IMG/VR virus record: IMGVR_UViG_3300036835_000105
Coordinates: 1-61,217 of that record
Reading direction: 5' to 3' (one strand)
Origin: a virus
Lineage: Duplodnaviria; Caudoviricetes
DNA: 61,217 nucleotides
Part shown: positions 38,971 to 49,124 of the stretch, in pieces
Layout of the letters: every line of letters begins with the position of its first letter
Numbering within the stretch: the first letter of the stretch is position 1
Notes under the pieces: generated by a model
What the model saw: only the letters and a program-made list of their open reading frames with translations
Told to the model about the DNA's origin: nothing
The model's database searches: none
Program-made: the position numbers and the translations under genes

Positions 38971-41099
38971 TAGCGTTTACTCTCCCTAATGGTGGATCTG
39001 GTTCCCGCGTCCTGGCGTTTCTGTTCCAAGACGGGAGGTTGCTGGCCGGTCGCGGGACGACCCGGCGGTCCCTTTCCTGGCTTGCCGCCCCCTTGCTGAC
39101 CTCCCTGCGCGGCGGCTTGCATGTGCGCCATCATCTCCATCTGGCAGATCCAGCGTTCCAGCACAGTTTGGGCGGTGCGGGATTCGCCGGTAGCGGGGTC
39201 TTCAAACTGCGGAGGAGCGCCGAAATTCTTGATGTCGAACATTTCCGCCATCGTCCACCAATCGACGGGGAAACCGCTCTTGGTGAGCTGTAGGATGAAC
39301 AGGCGGCGCGTCATCGAGTTGAGTTCGTGCAGCGAATAGGGTGTGACGCTGAAGATAAAGTTGTCCTTGTGCCAGCGGGCGCGTTCAAAGTAGGGAGTGT
39401 CCTCGCCGGTAATACCCATTTGCTGCATCATGATGGTGTTATCTGCCGCTGGAATCAGGCTGCCGGGGTCGTAGTCGAAATCCTCCTGGGTCAATCCGTC
39501 CGGCCCCAGGATCTGCATACGGCGCTTGGCGGTGTAGAACTGGAAGAAGTTCGACTTCCACATTTCCCCGATGCCGCGAATCGATTCCTCCATGTTGCGC
39601 GACATGTCCTTGATTAACGGGCCGAGTGACTCCATGATCTTCTCGACCGAGTCGCCGGATGGGAGCTGTCGGGCGCGGGCCATCGCCTGGGCATCCGCCA
39701 CGCCCATCTGGTGGGTGAGGAGCTGTTCGTTGGCGGTGATGATGTCGGGGTAGTAAGCCGGAAATTCATACCAATTAAATGGCAATAGAGGACGGATCGG
39801 GCTGTCGCCGCCGAAGGTGAAGTCCATCCCGACGACTTGGTTGGGTACGCGGGTATCCAACGTCTCCATCAGCGCCTTGGAGGCGATGTTGCGGTCGAAG
39901 CCGCGAGGCGGCGAGAGGCGGGCATTCATGGCGTCGGTCATACCGCGCCGGACCTGATTGTTCACCCGCTCCAGGTTCATGCCATAGCGGGTGATCGGGA
40001 AGCCGAGAAAGGTCCAGGGCCAGTCATCCGCTCTGAGCTGGACGATGGGAACCCGGCCATGCCAGAAGGGAGAGACTTGCGCCGACGGGTCCGCATTCAT
40101 ACAGGCTTCTTGTGTCGCGATAACCAGCCTCCGCATGGGATAGAGACGGCAGTCTTCGACGGTGGCCTTGCGGATGACGGGCTGGCCGCCGCGTGTCTCT
40201 CCTACCTTCAGCTCCTGGCCGACGTAGGGCACGGTGTAGAACCAGCTCGTTCCCGGCTGGCCCATCGGGAGGGGATGGCCGGTCGAATTGACCGAGTCGT
40301 CATCCACATAGATGTAGTAGATATCGACCATCTCCCAGGGAGCGGCCTCGTTCTCGATCAATGAACCGGGGCCGAAACGGCGAAGGACGGAGGACGCGAA
40401 CTTGACAGCGCGGCTCGTCACCGTACCTCGGCCTTTGGCGTTCTCGCGGCTGGCCTTGATCTTGTCGATACACTCCGGGAACAGCCGCCATGCGTCGTGC
40501 AGCGGCGTCTCGACCTTCACGGCAACGGCATACGCCTTTTGCAGATCGTGCTGGCGTCCCATGCCAACCGGCAGAACATCCAGCGGCCCGTAAGCATCCG
40601 CTACAATATCCCCCTTGCCGCGATACCAGTAGTTCGCGTCATAGCGAATCCCCACATAGCCCGTGCCGGTGCCGGTGGCATATTGCCACCCTTGGCGCAA
40701 CCTCCGGTCGAAGAACGTGCCAGACTGCCAAGCCATGAAGGTGTTGTTGAGGATCGGCTCCTGGTTCTCGAATTCCGGGATCTCGGTCTTAAACGCCGGG
40801 ATAATGCGGATGTTGGTCTGGGCCGCGACCACCTCCTTCAGGTTCCGCATGGTCAGCTCCCCTCGGGCGTTCGACAGCGCGGTAGAGTCTACAAGGTCGT
40901 TGTCGCCATTGACGAGGTCGATGCCGTCCTGGATGAAGCGGTAGGCCGGTTGCAGACGGAGATAGGTTAGCCCATCCTGGACGATGTTCTTCGCCCAATC
41001 GACTAGCTCGTCTTCGCTATAGGGGATCTCGCCACGAGTGTTGAAGGGCGCGGGGGCTAAATAGCCACGGTCACGGGTCGAAGGTCCGAAAAGTGCCAT
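38970..41099 (-). CDS. Portal protein
   Basis: 709 aa between terminase and scaffold; WHGRVPIV, FLGFP, Q-rich C-terminus as in P22-like portals. Confidence 0.85.
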   Translation of the reverse strand: MALFGPSTRDRGYLAPAPFNTRGEIPYSEDELVDWAKNIVQDGLTYLRLQPAYRFIQDGIDLVNGDNDLVDSTALSNARGELTMRNLKEVVAAQTNIRIIPAFKTEIPEFENQEPILNNTFMAWQSGTFFDRRLRQGWQYATGTGTGYVGIRYDANYWYRGKGDIVADAYGPLDVLPVGMGRQHDLQKAYAVAVKVETPLHDAWRLFPECIDKIKASRENAKGRGTVTSRAVKFASSVLRRFGPGSLIENEAAPWEMVDIYYIYVDDDSVNSTGHPLPMGQPGTSWFYTVPYVGQELKVGETRGGQPVIRKATVEDCRLYPMRRLVIATQEACMNADPSAQVSPFWHGRVPIVQLRADDWPWTFLGFPITRYGMNLERVNNQVRRGMTDAMNARLSPPRGFDRNIASKALMETLDTRVPNQVVGMDFTFGGDSPIRPLLPFNWYEFPAYYPDIITANEQLLTHQMGVADAQAMARARQLPSGDSVEKIMESLGPLIKDMSRNMEESIRGIGEMWKSNFFQFYTAKRRMQILGPDGLTQEDFDYDPGSLIPAADNTIMMQQMGITGEDTPYFERARWHKDNFIFSVTPYSLHELNSMTRRLFILQLTKSGFPVDWWTMAEMFDIKNFGAPPQFEDPATGESRTAQTVLERWICQMEMMAHMQAAAQGGQQGGGKPGKGPPGRPATGQQPPVLEQKRQDAGTRSTIRESKR

Positions 41100-41692
41100 T
41101 AAGATTTCTTGGTACGCCAGCTAGTATCAGTGTCCGAGTAGCCGTCGCGGTTGGAGGAGTTAAAAGAGAGAGCCTGGAAGTGGCCCTTGGGGTCGAGAGG
41201 TTTCGAGTAACGGCGCTCCCGGCGCTTGTCGATGTATTCGCAGGTCGCCTTGAAGAGAGCCTGGGCGCGATGATTGGAGCCGATCTTGGCGCGAATCGAA
41301 TCGCGCCGTTCCCTGGTGACAGCATCCCAGTACTCGCGTTCGGCTGCGCGGCGATTGGTGGTCTCGCGCAGCGAAACGTTGTTCATGTGCTTGGTCATCT
41401 GGTCGGCCTCGCGCATGTTGGTGATCGAGACGGCGTGGTAGCCGGGTTCGACCGGCTCGTCGGCGCGGGGTGGGATCGAGATCTGGTCCGGGTTCGAGTC
41501 CGAGACCCAGACCACGATGGGCGAGAAGAGCTGCGCGTTGCGGGGCCGGTATTCTCCGGGAAGCGAGGCGATGCGGAGAGCGGTGCCGGTGCAATCGGGA
41601 TCGAGGCAGCGGTGGGAGGGAGGAGCGTTGGAGTGGAAGAAGTGTTCAAAGCGGGTGCCGCAGGATTGGCAGAGGTAGTCGATCATCGGCAT
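41099..41692 (-). CDS. FmdB-family zinc-ribbon protein
   Basis: MPMIDYLCQSCGTRFE...CLDPDC. Confidence 0.8.
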   Translation of the reverse strand: MPMIDYLCQSCGTRFEHFFHSNAPPSHRCLDPDCTGTALRIASLPGEYRPRNAQLFSPIVVWVSDSNPDQISIPPRADEPVEPGYHAVSITNMREADQMTKHMNNVSLRETTNRRAAEREYWDAVTRERRDSIRAKIGSNHRAQALFKATCEYIDKRRERRYSKPLDPKGHFQALSFNSSNRDGYSDTDTSWRTKKS

Positions 41693-41920
41693 TTACTTAC
41701 TCCTTCTAGGACCGGACACCAACAGGTCGGTCGGATATTGCCCTCTGATCTTGCTATGCAGATACATGCCCTGCGACGGACTCTGCACGAAGTTATAGTA
41801 AGTGCTTTTATCGACGCCCCGGTATTGGTAAATAGACCCGTTGACAAACTGGATGACTAGGCTCTTAGTTTCGGGGTCGTAGTCGTAAGCCTGGATATGG
41901 TGCGATTGGGCGATTCTCAT
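41693..41920 (-). CDS. KTSC domain protein
   Basis: SHHIQAYDYD...LVIQFVNGSIYQYRGV...SPSQGMYLHSKIRGQY. Confidence 0.9.
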   Translation of the reverse strand: MRIAQSHHIQAYDYDPETKSLVIQFVNGSIYQYRGVDKSTYYNFVQSPSQGMYLHSKIRGQYPTDLLVSGPRRSK

Positions 41921-41935
41921 GTAGACTCTACATCC

Positions 41936-44116
41936 TCAGTAGCGTTGGTCAAGGTACACTCCCTGATCGTTACGGGTTTGCCACCCCTCCACCCAACGGG
42001 CGTACTGCTTAGGCGGAACGCGGGCGTTAACAGGTCTTCCAGAGTAAGCGGCAACCCTGGCATTACGGAATCGGTCCATGTCGAAACGGTAGAGCGAAAT
42101 GAGTATGAACCCCAGTGACATGATACGGTCGTCGTTACCTCCATAACCGGCGCGTAAGGATTGGCTGATTTCATCACCTTCCAGCGACTCCATTTCCCTG
42201 ACGAAGAACGGAGAGCAGATTTCGATCTCGCCGTCCCGCAGCATCTTAGTTAACATTTCGATCATCCCGGCGCGGAACCAGGAGTTCGTGAATACGCCGA
42301 GTTTGTGGTACTTACCAAGTTCCAGTTTCTTGTTGTCGATTTGCCGGTCGTTCCAGGGGTGGAAGTTACGCCAGCCTAAGAGGCGTAATACGTTCTGAGC
42401 TTGGTCCCCGTGACCCTTGCACTCGATAGCTAACCGGGGCTGTTGGATTTCGCCGCGCTCATCGGGGACGCTGTAGTAAGTGCCGAGAGCCAGGGCGAAG
42501 GGGACCGAATCGAGAGCGTTCATGCGGCTACTGGCGAACTCCCCGACCTGCTTGGTGGGACCATAGATGGAGCCTTTGCGGATGATCTCGATGACGGTGC
42601 GGTCCTTGCCGATGCCATCGGCGGTATCCAGACCCAACCCGTATTCGTAGCCCTGCATCGGCTCTTCCCAGATATAGATTTTGTCGATGGCAGAGGAATC
42701 GTCTTCGAGTGACCAGCCGTCGAAGCGGAGCGGGACTAGTTCAAACTCCACCGGGTAAGTAGTTCCCCAATCGGCAGTGATCGGCACAGCGGGTTTGGTG
42801 TCGTCCACCAGGAGACTTGAGGGTTGTAGACGGGCAGGCAGATATTCTTCCGGCCCCCGAAGGCCGTAGCATCCCGCCAGCGGCTCTCGATGAGCGTGAT
42901 CCCGATAGTAAACAATCGTCTCCGTGTCGAATACGGATATATTTGTAGATTGAAAGGACTCGTCATCATTGGCTGGCATCTCCGCTAAGAAGCGATTCAG
43001 CCGACCCTCGCGTATGGCCGCATCGCGTTCCGTTTCGTAGTACCAAATTTGCTCGATGGGCATCGTCCAGTTCTCGCCCAGGCGGCGGCGCAAGTAGTCG
43101 GTGGAGCGGACGTACTCCGCAGCCATTTCCGCATGGGCCTTCGCCCAGGGAAGCATGGTTTCCGAGTAGTTATCGGGGACGGGACGGGCGCGTTTGTCGG
43201 CTTCTTTGGGGTAGAGCGCTCCGACGAACCAGGGGAGGAAGAGGGGTCGGAGGCGGCCCCGGCGTTCGGGCCAGAGGGCTTTCTGGGTCTTCCATTTTTT
43301 GTGCCACCAATTGTTGATTCCTTCCGCCGTACCCTCCAGCGAGAGAAATGAGGACGCAGAAGGATGCATAGCCCTAAGCAGGCTGGAGTCAATAAGACTA
43401 GAAGGATCATCAAATTCAGCCAGCTCGCTGATATGAGCCACAGTAGGGGTAGTGCCACGAGCAATGCCGGTGCCTTGTTGACCATGTTGCAGGGTCACTC
43501 CCGACCCGTTGTATAGCTCCAACAGTTTGCCTTCGCGGCGGAACTTCTCGGCGGGGCGCATCCACCAGGGCAAGCGGACGAGGGTGAAGTCCAGCATGTC
43601 GAACAAGAGCCGGGTCTTGTCTTCGGTGGACGAGGCCATGAAGGCGTTGCGGTTGGCGAAAAAGATGACGCGGTGCAGCAGGATGAGGGAGATGACGCGG
43701 CTGATACCTAACTGCCTTGCCTTGAGGATGATCAGGAAGAGAGCAATTTGCTCATCCTCCATCTCCGCGATGATGTCGAGGAAGATGCGCTGCGAAGTCC
43801 AGGGCACGAAGCGGAAGACTTGGTCCTCTTCGTTCTTGATCCAGCAGTAGCGTTCGATCCAGTACCAGAAGTCTACCCGGCAGAGGAAGGTCTCGTTGTC
43901 GATCCAGCGCACCTCATCCGGGGTGAGCGTCTCCTCAGGCCGCCGGTTGGGGTCTCGTTTCGAGACGGTCCTGTCTTGCTCGTAATCGTAGTCAACAAGC
44001 TGGTTCAGATGCGCGACCGCCCGGTCGGCATCCGCGATGCTGTGGTATTCGGGGGTGAAACGGCCTGCCCGAAGCCAGCGTTCTATGCGTCGATCAGTCT
44101 GCTTCCTCGAATACAT
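41936..44116 (-). CDS. terL: Terminase large subunit
   Basis: LKARQLGIS Walker A, HISE Walker B, EGT coupling motif, nuclease GLDTADGIGKD and DDRIM. Confidence 0.9.
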   Translation of the reverse strand: MYSRKQTDRRIERWLRAGRFTPEYHSIADADRAVAHLNQLVDYDYEQDRTVSKRDPNRRPEETLTPDEVRWIDNETFLCRVDFWYWIERYCWIKNEEDQVFRFVPWTSQRIFLDIIAEMEDEQIALFLIILKARQLGISRVISLILLHRVIFFANRNAFMASSTEDKTRLLFDMLDFTLVRLPWWMRPAEKFRREGKLLELYNGSGVTLQHGQQGTGIARGTTPTVAHISELAEFDDPSSLIDSSLLRAMHPSASSFLSLEGTAEGINNWWHKKWKTQKALWPERRGRLRPLFLPWFVGALYPKEADKRARPVPDNYSETMLPWAKAHAEMAAEYVRSTDYLRRRLGENWTMPIEQIWYYETERDAAIREGRLNRFLAEMPANDDESFQSTNISVFDTETIVYYRDHAHREPLAGCYGLRGPEEYLPARLQPSSLLVDDTKPAVPITADWGTTYPVEFELVPLRFDGWSLEDDSSAIDKIYIWEEPMQGYEYGLGLDTADGIGKDRTVIEIIRKGSIYGPTKQVGEFASSRMNALDSVPFALALGTYYSVPDERGEIQQPRLAIECKGHGDQAQNVLRLLGWRNFHPWNDRQIDNKKLELGKYHKLGVFTNSWFRAGMIEMLTKMLRDGEIEICSPFFVREMESLEGDEISQSLRAGYGGNDDRIMSLGFILISLYRFDMDRFRNARVAAYSGRPVNARVPPKQYARWVEGWQTRNDQGVYLDQRY

Positions 44117-44678
44117 CCGCACCTTGCGGTGCGTTTAGCGGCAACTCTTCAGCTGGTTCATCCAATAACTTTGACATGTCAATTACGCGGGCATCCATCG
44201 ACTTGAAGCCGTTCAGCGTAGGCATAGCGATGGTATTGGCGGCCTGTGGATTGTTGTTGATGACAATCGACGCTCCCTTCTTGTCGGGCAGTGCGCCGGT
44301 TGCGCGTAAGAATAACTCGCGGTCCTTGTAAGCCGCCGGACTCTCAATCGCATACTGCGCGGTCTGATGGATCACTTTCGGGTGATTGATGGACGCGCTG
44401 ATGGTAGACTCCGCTTGCTTATGCTGCCACACCTCACCGGCCACCGCCGAGATCAAGTCTCGCGGCTTCACCCCCGACAAGTCGCAGAGCATCTCAGGCA
44501 TAACGGTGCGCCTCTCACCCAAAGGTAATGCCTCGTAGGTCTTGATGTACTTCTGCATATCCTCGTCGCCGCCCTTTGCGGCTAGGTCGGCGTAGTAGAT
44601 GTAGTTGCGCCATGTAGGCTCTACATGCCGGAAGGCGATAGCCAAAGGGGTTTGGGCCGGTTCCAGGGCGACCAGCAT
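44094..44678 (-). CDS. Putative terminase small subunit (start uncertain; ORF open to 44870)
   Basis: Directly upstream of terL; helical. Confidence 0.5.
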   Translation of the reverse strand: MLVALEPAQTPLAIAFRHVEPTWRNYIYYADLAAKGGDEDMQKYIKTYEALPLGERRTVMPEMLCDLSGVKPRDLISAVAGEVWQHKQAESTISASINHPKVIHQTAQYAIESPAAYKDRELFLRATGALPDKKGASIVINNNPQAANTIAMPTLNGFKSMDARVIDMSKLLDEPAEELPLNAPQGADVFEEAD

Positions 44679-44703
44679 CTTACTGTTATTACCGGGGCCT
44701 TTC

Positions 44704-45144
44704 TTACGATGCTGAATGGGACGGGGGTTCTGGGTGGGCTTGACGGGCTGGGCTATCTTCTGACGCAGCTCTTTCTCGCGCTTGCTCAAATAGCGGCCCT
44801 CCCGCAGCTTTATTCCAGGGGAGTTCTTTGACGGCGTCTGGCCCGTAGTATTCTGCGACTTCGCGCTCATACCCGATTATCGACTGAATGAAGGCTTCAC
44901 TGTCTAATATCACATTATTGTTTTCAGCGAAAGCATCCAATTCGCGCCGTATATGATGGATGGTCTTGGGGTCGGTATGTCGGAGGTCTGACAGTTTGGC
45001 CTGATAAGGAGGGCTGCCGGTCTGGATCGGGGGAGGGGCTAAACGGTCGAGGGCGTAAGCTATCACACGAAGTTGTAGCTCGATGGCTTCCAAGCTGGTT
45101 GCCACGCGGCTGGCGTCGATAGGAAATGTGATTAACGGGGCCAA
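44704..45144 (-). CDS. Hypothetical protein
   Basis: 146-aa ORF in operon. Confidence 0.6.
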   Translation of the reverse strand: MAPLITFPIDASRVATSLEAIELQLRVIAYALDRLAPPPIQTGSPPYQAKLSDLRHTDPKTIHHIRRELDAFAENNNVILDSEAFIQSIIGYEREVAEYYGPDAVKELPWNKAAGGPLFEQARERAASEDSPARQAHPEPPSHSAS

Positions 45145-45431
45145 GCTTCACGCTTCTTTTTCGGTGTAGACTCTACAGGAACCGCTTCCTCTTCCTTCGC
45201 TTCCTCGGCGGCGAAGACCTCGGAAAGGGTCTGGGGGACGGTGATGAAGGTGTCGCGGTCCTCGCGAAGGGGGATGACTTGGGAGGGATCGGCGGCACGG
45301 ATGTGGAAGTCGAAGTCGTGGCCGAAGATCCGTAACTCGTATTTGCCGTCTGTCCAAATGTAGGTGACGATAGCGGCCAGCGGCTCGTCGTCTAAGCGGG
45401 AGCGGTATTGAACGATAGATCCGACTTGCAT
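45132..45431 (-). CDS. Hypothetical protein (SH3/KOW-like start)
   Basis: MQVGSIVQY...AAIVT; AAGGAG SD. Confidence 0.7.
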   Translation of the reverse strand: MQVGSIVQYRSRLDDEPLAAIVTYIWTDGKYELRIFGHDFDFHIRAADPSQVIPLREDRDTFITVPQTLSEVFAAEEAKEEEAVPVESTPKKKREAWPR

Positions 45432-45434
45432 GGG

Positions 45435-46013
45435 TTACTCCTTGTTATTCCAGTTGGGCGGCATAACCGGGCCGCGAGGGGGTTGGATGCGCTGCATATC
45501 GCGGCGGCCTTCGCGGGCGGGGCCGAAGTCCTGGTGAACGACGGTCGAACCGGAGCGAGCTTGGGGGTCGAGGCCGGTGCGGTCTACGACAGTGCCGTTG
45601 GGCATGGTTACGCGGCGGCCTTCGACCACATCCTCGACAGCGACTTTGCCCTTGGTGGGCGTAGGTACGCCCAGGCCGTGTTCTTCGCGGATCTTGTCGG
45701 GCGGATCGCCATGACGGGAAGCATCGACCGTCACCTCGCGAGGGCCGATAATGACCGACTGGAGGATGGCATCAGCTGCATCGCTGCCTTCACTGCGGAC
45801 CTCCACCGCATCGTTGATGATTCTGGTATCGGGGTATTTCTGGTCGGCCCAGCACTCCAAGGTAATCTGTAGCGTCATCTTCACGCGGGGCAAGGTGATG
45901 TGCTTCTGTAGATAGGGAACGTCGCCTACCAGCTGGTCAAAACGCTGGGCCAGGATATGCTTCACCTCGTCGCCGGACAGGTCGTTGTAGACCAGATACT
46001 TTGGCAGCGGCAT
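45435..46013 (-). CDS. Hypothetical protein, first gene of late operon
   Basis: 192-aa ORF divergent from 46071. Confidence 0.7.
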   Translation of the reverse strand: MPLPKYLVYNDLSGDEVKHILAQRFDQLVGDVPYLQKHITLPRVKMTLQITLECWADQKYPDTRIINDAVEVRSEGSDAADAILQSVIIGPREVTVDASRHGDPPDKIREEHGLGVPTPTKGKVAVEDVVEGRRVTMPNGTVVDRTGLDPQARSGSTVVHQDFGPAREGRRDMQRIQPPRGPVMPPNWNNKE

Positions 46014-46070
46014 ACCTGAATGTTACGGGGAAGCTTGAGACGGTGCAAGAGACAGGCAAGAATAGTTGCG

Positions 46071-46970
46071 ATGGATTATGCGGAGCGAATAGAGGATGCG
46101 CTATTGGTGTTTAACGGCGAGTTCTCCACAGCAGATTCACAAGCTGTTGAAATCCTGTTGGCGGCCAGAGTAGACTGCCCGCTGCCGTATCCCTGGCTGG
46201 TACTGGAGACGGCTTGCTACCGGGTCGATACCGAAGGCTGCTGGTTCAGCCAGATCTTCGATCAGGTTCTGTCGCTGCCTATATTACGGGTGTCGCGGCC
46301 CCGCCACGCCAACCAGGAGGTCCAGGAGCTGCTGCGGGAGCGGGAGACGGCTAGATTGTTCATCGAGCCGAATTATACGCTGCCAACCGCGCCTAAATAC
46401 CTGTTCACCATGTGGGAGTACCTCGTGCAGGAGTGCGTCAGGCTGCGGGTGGAGTATCCCAAAAACAAGCTGACGGATGAGCGGTCTTGTCTGATGGCGA
46501 GGGCGGCTGTTGAGCGAGTGATGGACAGCCGCTGGAGAGCCGTTGGGTCGAACCGGCTCCCCACCCCGCCATCACAACTGTATTACTACACGGAGCTGCT
46601 ACAGAAATTGAACCCACACTTGCGGGACTGGGAATGCCTATTAACCAATTTATGTTGTCTGGCCGGGAGGAGGGCTTACCTATTTAATAGGGAGGTGGAT
46701 GAGACGGACTGGAGAGCTGTGGCGCGGGTGATGCGGGATTCGGTGCCGGTCTGGACCGGGGAGATTGCCACGCATGTGGACCGGCGCGGGACGCTGACCA
46801 GCTTAAGAGGGAAATACGACCAGCGGTTGATTGAAAAGGAGGTCAGGAGCTTGGCCTCGAACGGGATCTTGTATCGCGTGAACGGCGAGTGGAGGATGCG
46901 GGATCTGGGGGGCAGGGGAGCGGATGTTGTTGGATTGATTAAGGAAGAGGAGATTTTGGCCGCTTTGTAG
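46071..46970 (+). CDS. Degenerate paralog of the AAA+ ATPase-wHTH at 58889-60088
   Basis: Shared PW/VWL.L and D..DW/SWR.V.....DS.P segments and C-terminal wHTH; no Walker A. Confidence 0.6.
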   Translation: MDYAERIEDALLVFNGEFSTADSQAVEILLAARVDCPLPYPWLVLETACYRVDTEGCWFSQIFDQVLSLPILRVSRPRHANQEVQELLRERETARLFIEPNYTLPTAPKYLFTMWEYLVQECVRLRVEYPKNKLTDERSCLMARAAVERVMDSRWRAVGSNRLPTPPSQLYYYTELLQKLNPHLRDWECLLTNLCCLAGRRAYLFNREVDETDWRAVARVMRDSVPVWTGEIATHVDRRGTLTSLRGKYDQRLIEKEVRSLASNGILYRVNGEWRMRDLGGRGADVVGLIKEEEILAAL

Positions 46971-46976
46971 CGTATA

Positions 46977-48044
46977 ATGACACAAATGGACCTGCCGCTG
47001 AAGGAGCTGGTGAAAACCTCCGATTACACGCCCGAACAGTTGAAGGCGATGTATGACGTGATTGAGAAGAAGGATCATGATTTGTGGGTGAGGTGCTACC
47101 CCCGGATCTACTCGGACTATAAGCCGGGGCTGTATGGGTCGGCTAAAGACCCGGCCCGACAGATGTGGTGCTGCGCGTCAAAAGTGGAGATGGGGTTTCT
47201 GGGGGACAGCGAGAAGTACGAGATGATGTGGGCCAGCCAGATAGCCAGATCGCGGTGCCCGCAATATTGGGTGACGCCGGATCTGGTGGAAGCGATTATG
47301 CAAACCAAGCCGCCTATGAACTTGGCGTGGCATGACATGAATTTGCCGCATGAAGCGGCCTCCTTCATGCTGCCCAAGGGGGCCATAACGCATAAGAAGG
47401 ACGGGGATCTTGTATTTGTGTCGTATACGCGCAATAAACAAGGCGTGGATATACCGTCCCTGGCGCGGAAGGGGCCGAGGCATTTCACGGCCCTGAATGG
47501 CTCCTTCTGTGTATTCGCCAAGACACCGGCCTTCTTCATCCACTGGAATATGCCGCATGACGTATTCCCGGTAGTCAATCTATTAGATATTGATACGGCC
47601 ATACGGCAGCATGAGCATCACATCCATTCGTCCGGCTGGCTGACCGCGACGATGGATTCGGACGATACGGAGGTAGGGATCAAGACCACCCACCTGATCT
47701 TCGGCCTCATCCTCTTTATGCTGCGTAAACCGGAGCTGATCGACGGCGGGGAGCTGATCAAGAGAATACCAGCCAAGAAAGGGGACGCGCCCAAAGAGTT
47801 CTGGACCCCCAAGGTCATAGGCAGGAATTACCGGATCAGGCGGATCGGGCAAGACCTGGGCGGCCACCACGCCTCGCCCAGGGGGCACTGGGTTACGGGG
47901 TTTTGGAGAGACCAGCATTATGGAGTCAAATACAGCCTTATCAAGGAGATATGGGTAGAACCGTACTGGAGGGGCGGGGATGAAGGTGGGGATGAAGAGG
48001 GTGATGTAGAGTCTACACGAAAGGAGAAGAATGCGGAACATTAA
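46977..48044 (+). CDS. Conserved phage hypothetical protein
   Basis: C-terminal HASPRGHWVTGFWRDQHYG...IWVEPYWRG motif. Confidence 0.75.
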   Translation: MTQMDLPLKELVKTSDYTPEQLKAMYDVIEKKDHDLWVRCYPRIYSDYKPGLYGSAKDPARQMWCCASKVEMGFLGDSEKYEMMWASQIARSRCPQYWVTPDLVEAIMQTKPPMNLAWHDMNLPHEAASFMLPKGAITHKKDGDLVFVSYTRNKQGVDIPSLARKGPRHFTALNGSFCVFAKTPAFFIHWNMPHDVFPVVNLLDIDTAIRQHEHHIHSSGWLTATMDSDDTEVGIKTTHLIFGLILFMLRKPELIDGGELIKRIPAKKGDAPKEFWTPKVIGRNYRIRRIGQDLGGHHASPRGHWVTGFWRDQHYGVKYSLIKEIWVEPYWRGGDEGGDEEGDVESTRKEKNAEH

Positions 48045-48387
48045 GAAGTATGAGCCAAAAGAGAACGAGACGCTCAGGTGCAGCAATAGGCTGTATAACC
48101 TGATTGCGTATATGTACAATCATGGCAGACATAAGAGCATTAAGCTGGACGAGGCTTTATATATACACCAGGGCACGTTCGGATCGGCGGGAGCGAGAGG
48201 GCTGATAGCGAATGACGGCGTGATCTGGTATCTGACCGAGCTGGGGGTGGACTGGTATAGGAACTTTACGACCCGGCCCATCTGGAAGGAGTATGCCAGC
48301 AGGGAGTTTAGCGTGTATCTGAAGGTGATACGGGCCATGAGGAAGCCGCCGAACAAAGAGATGAGGGCTAAAGCAGTCGCCGTATGA
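48031..48387 (+). CDS. Hypothetical protein
   Basis: AAGGAG SD; 118 aa. Confidence 0.65.
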   Translation: MRNIKKYEPKENETLRCSNRLYNLIAYMYNHGRHKSIKLDEALYIHQGTFGSAGARGLIANDGVIWYLTELGVDWYRNFTTRPIWKEYASREFSVYLKVIRAMRKPPNKEMRAKAVAV

Positions 48388-48662
48388 CACTGAACGACCC
48401 GCGATATCAGGCGCTCTCGGACGTGCTGACCGAGATCGAATCCGCAACCGACAAACTAGAACCAATCCGGCGCGGCTTGATGCACGAGGGTTGGGTGCCG
48501 AAAGCGCACCTCATCGCCTCGCTGCACACGTCTATCCACGCCACGCTGCGTATGTTTGCCCGTGAATTCACCACCATACAAGAGGATCTCAATGAATCTG
48601 GACGACGCCGATTTGCTAAGTACTTTGCATCGAAACATAGAGATATGCCGAATGACGGCTGA
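48384..48662 (+). CDS. Hypothetical protein
   Basis: ATGA-coupled. Confidence 0.6.
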   Translation: MTLNDPRYQALSDVLTEIESATDKLEPIRRGLMHEGWVPKAHLIASLHTSIHATLRMFAREFTTIQEDLNESGRRRFAKYFASKHRDMPNDG

Positions 48663-49083
48663 CACTGCCGAGGTACTGCTGCGGCAGTATATGGAACGGT
48701 TTACGAACTTTTACCGGGGGGCAGCATCACCTGCATCCGCAGGAGAGGCTGCCCCTCCGTCGCCGCCACTAAAAAAGCCGCCACTGAAAAAGCGCCGCAC
48801 TTACACCAGAAAAGCGCCGGTCAAAGCCAAGCGCAAGATCAATTACCCGGCCACCAGGAAACCGGCAGAGCATGTGCATGGCGCACTTAGCGAGGAGCGG
48901 AGGATTATTTATGACTACGTGGGCAGCCATACCGGGCCGTTTCGGACGGAGGATTTGATAGGGTGGGCCACCCAAAAGGGCCTCATCTTCGACCGGGCAA
49001 AGATGCAGCGCGTCCTCTACAATGCGGCCCATGAAAAGAAATCCCTGACCAGCAACGGTCGGGGCGAATACACCAGAGTATAG
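48592..49083 (+). CDS. Basic protein with C-terminal winged-helix
   Basis: K/R/P linker then wHTH-like ...GRGEY. Confidence 0.55.
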   Translation: MNLDDADLLSTLHRNIEICRMTADTAEVLLRQYMERFTNFYRGAASPASAGEAAPPSPPLKKPPLKKRRTYTRKAPVKAKRKINYPATRKPAEHVHGALSEERRIIYDYVGSHTGPFRTEDLIGWATQKGLIFDRAKMQRVLYNAAHEKKSLTSNGRGEYTRV

Positions 49084-49085
49084 TC

Positions 49086-49108
49086 GAGGATCAGCTTCGC
49101 TGATCCTC
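49086..49108. terminator. Hairpin between convergent genes
   Basis: GAGGATCAGC-TTC-GCTGATCCTC. Confidence 0.55.
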
Positions 49109-49124
49109 TCCATTGCGTGTTGCG

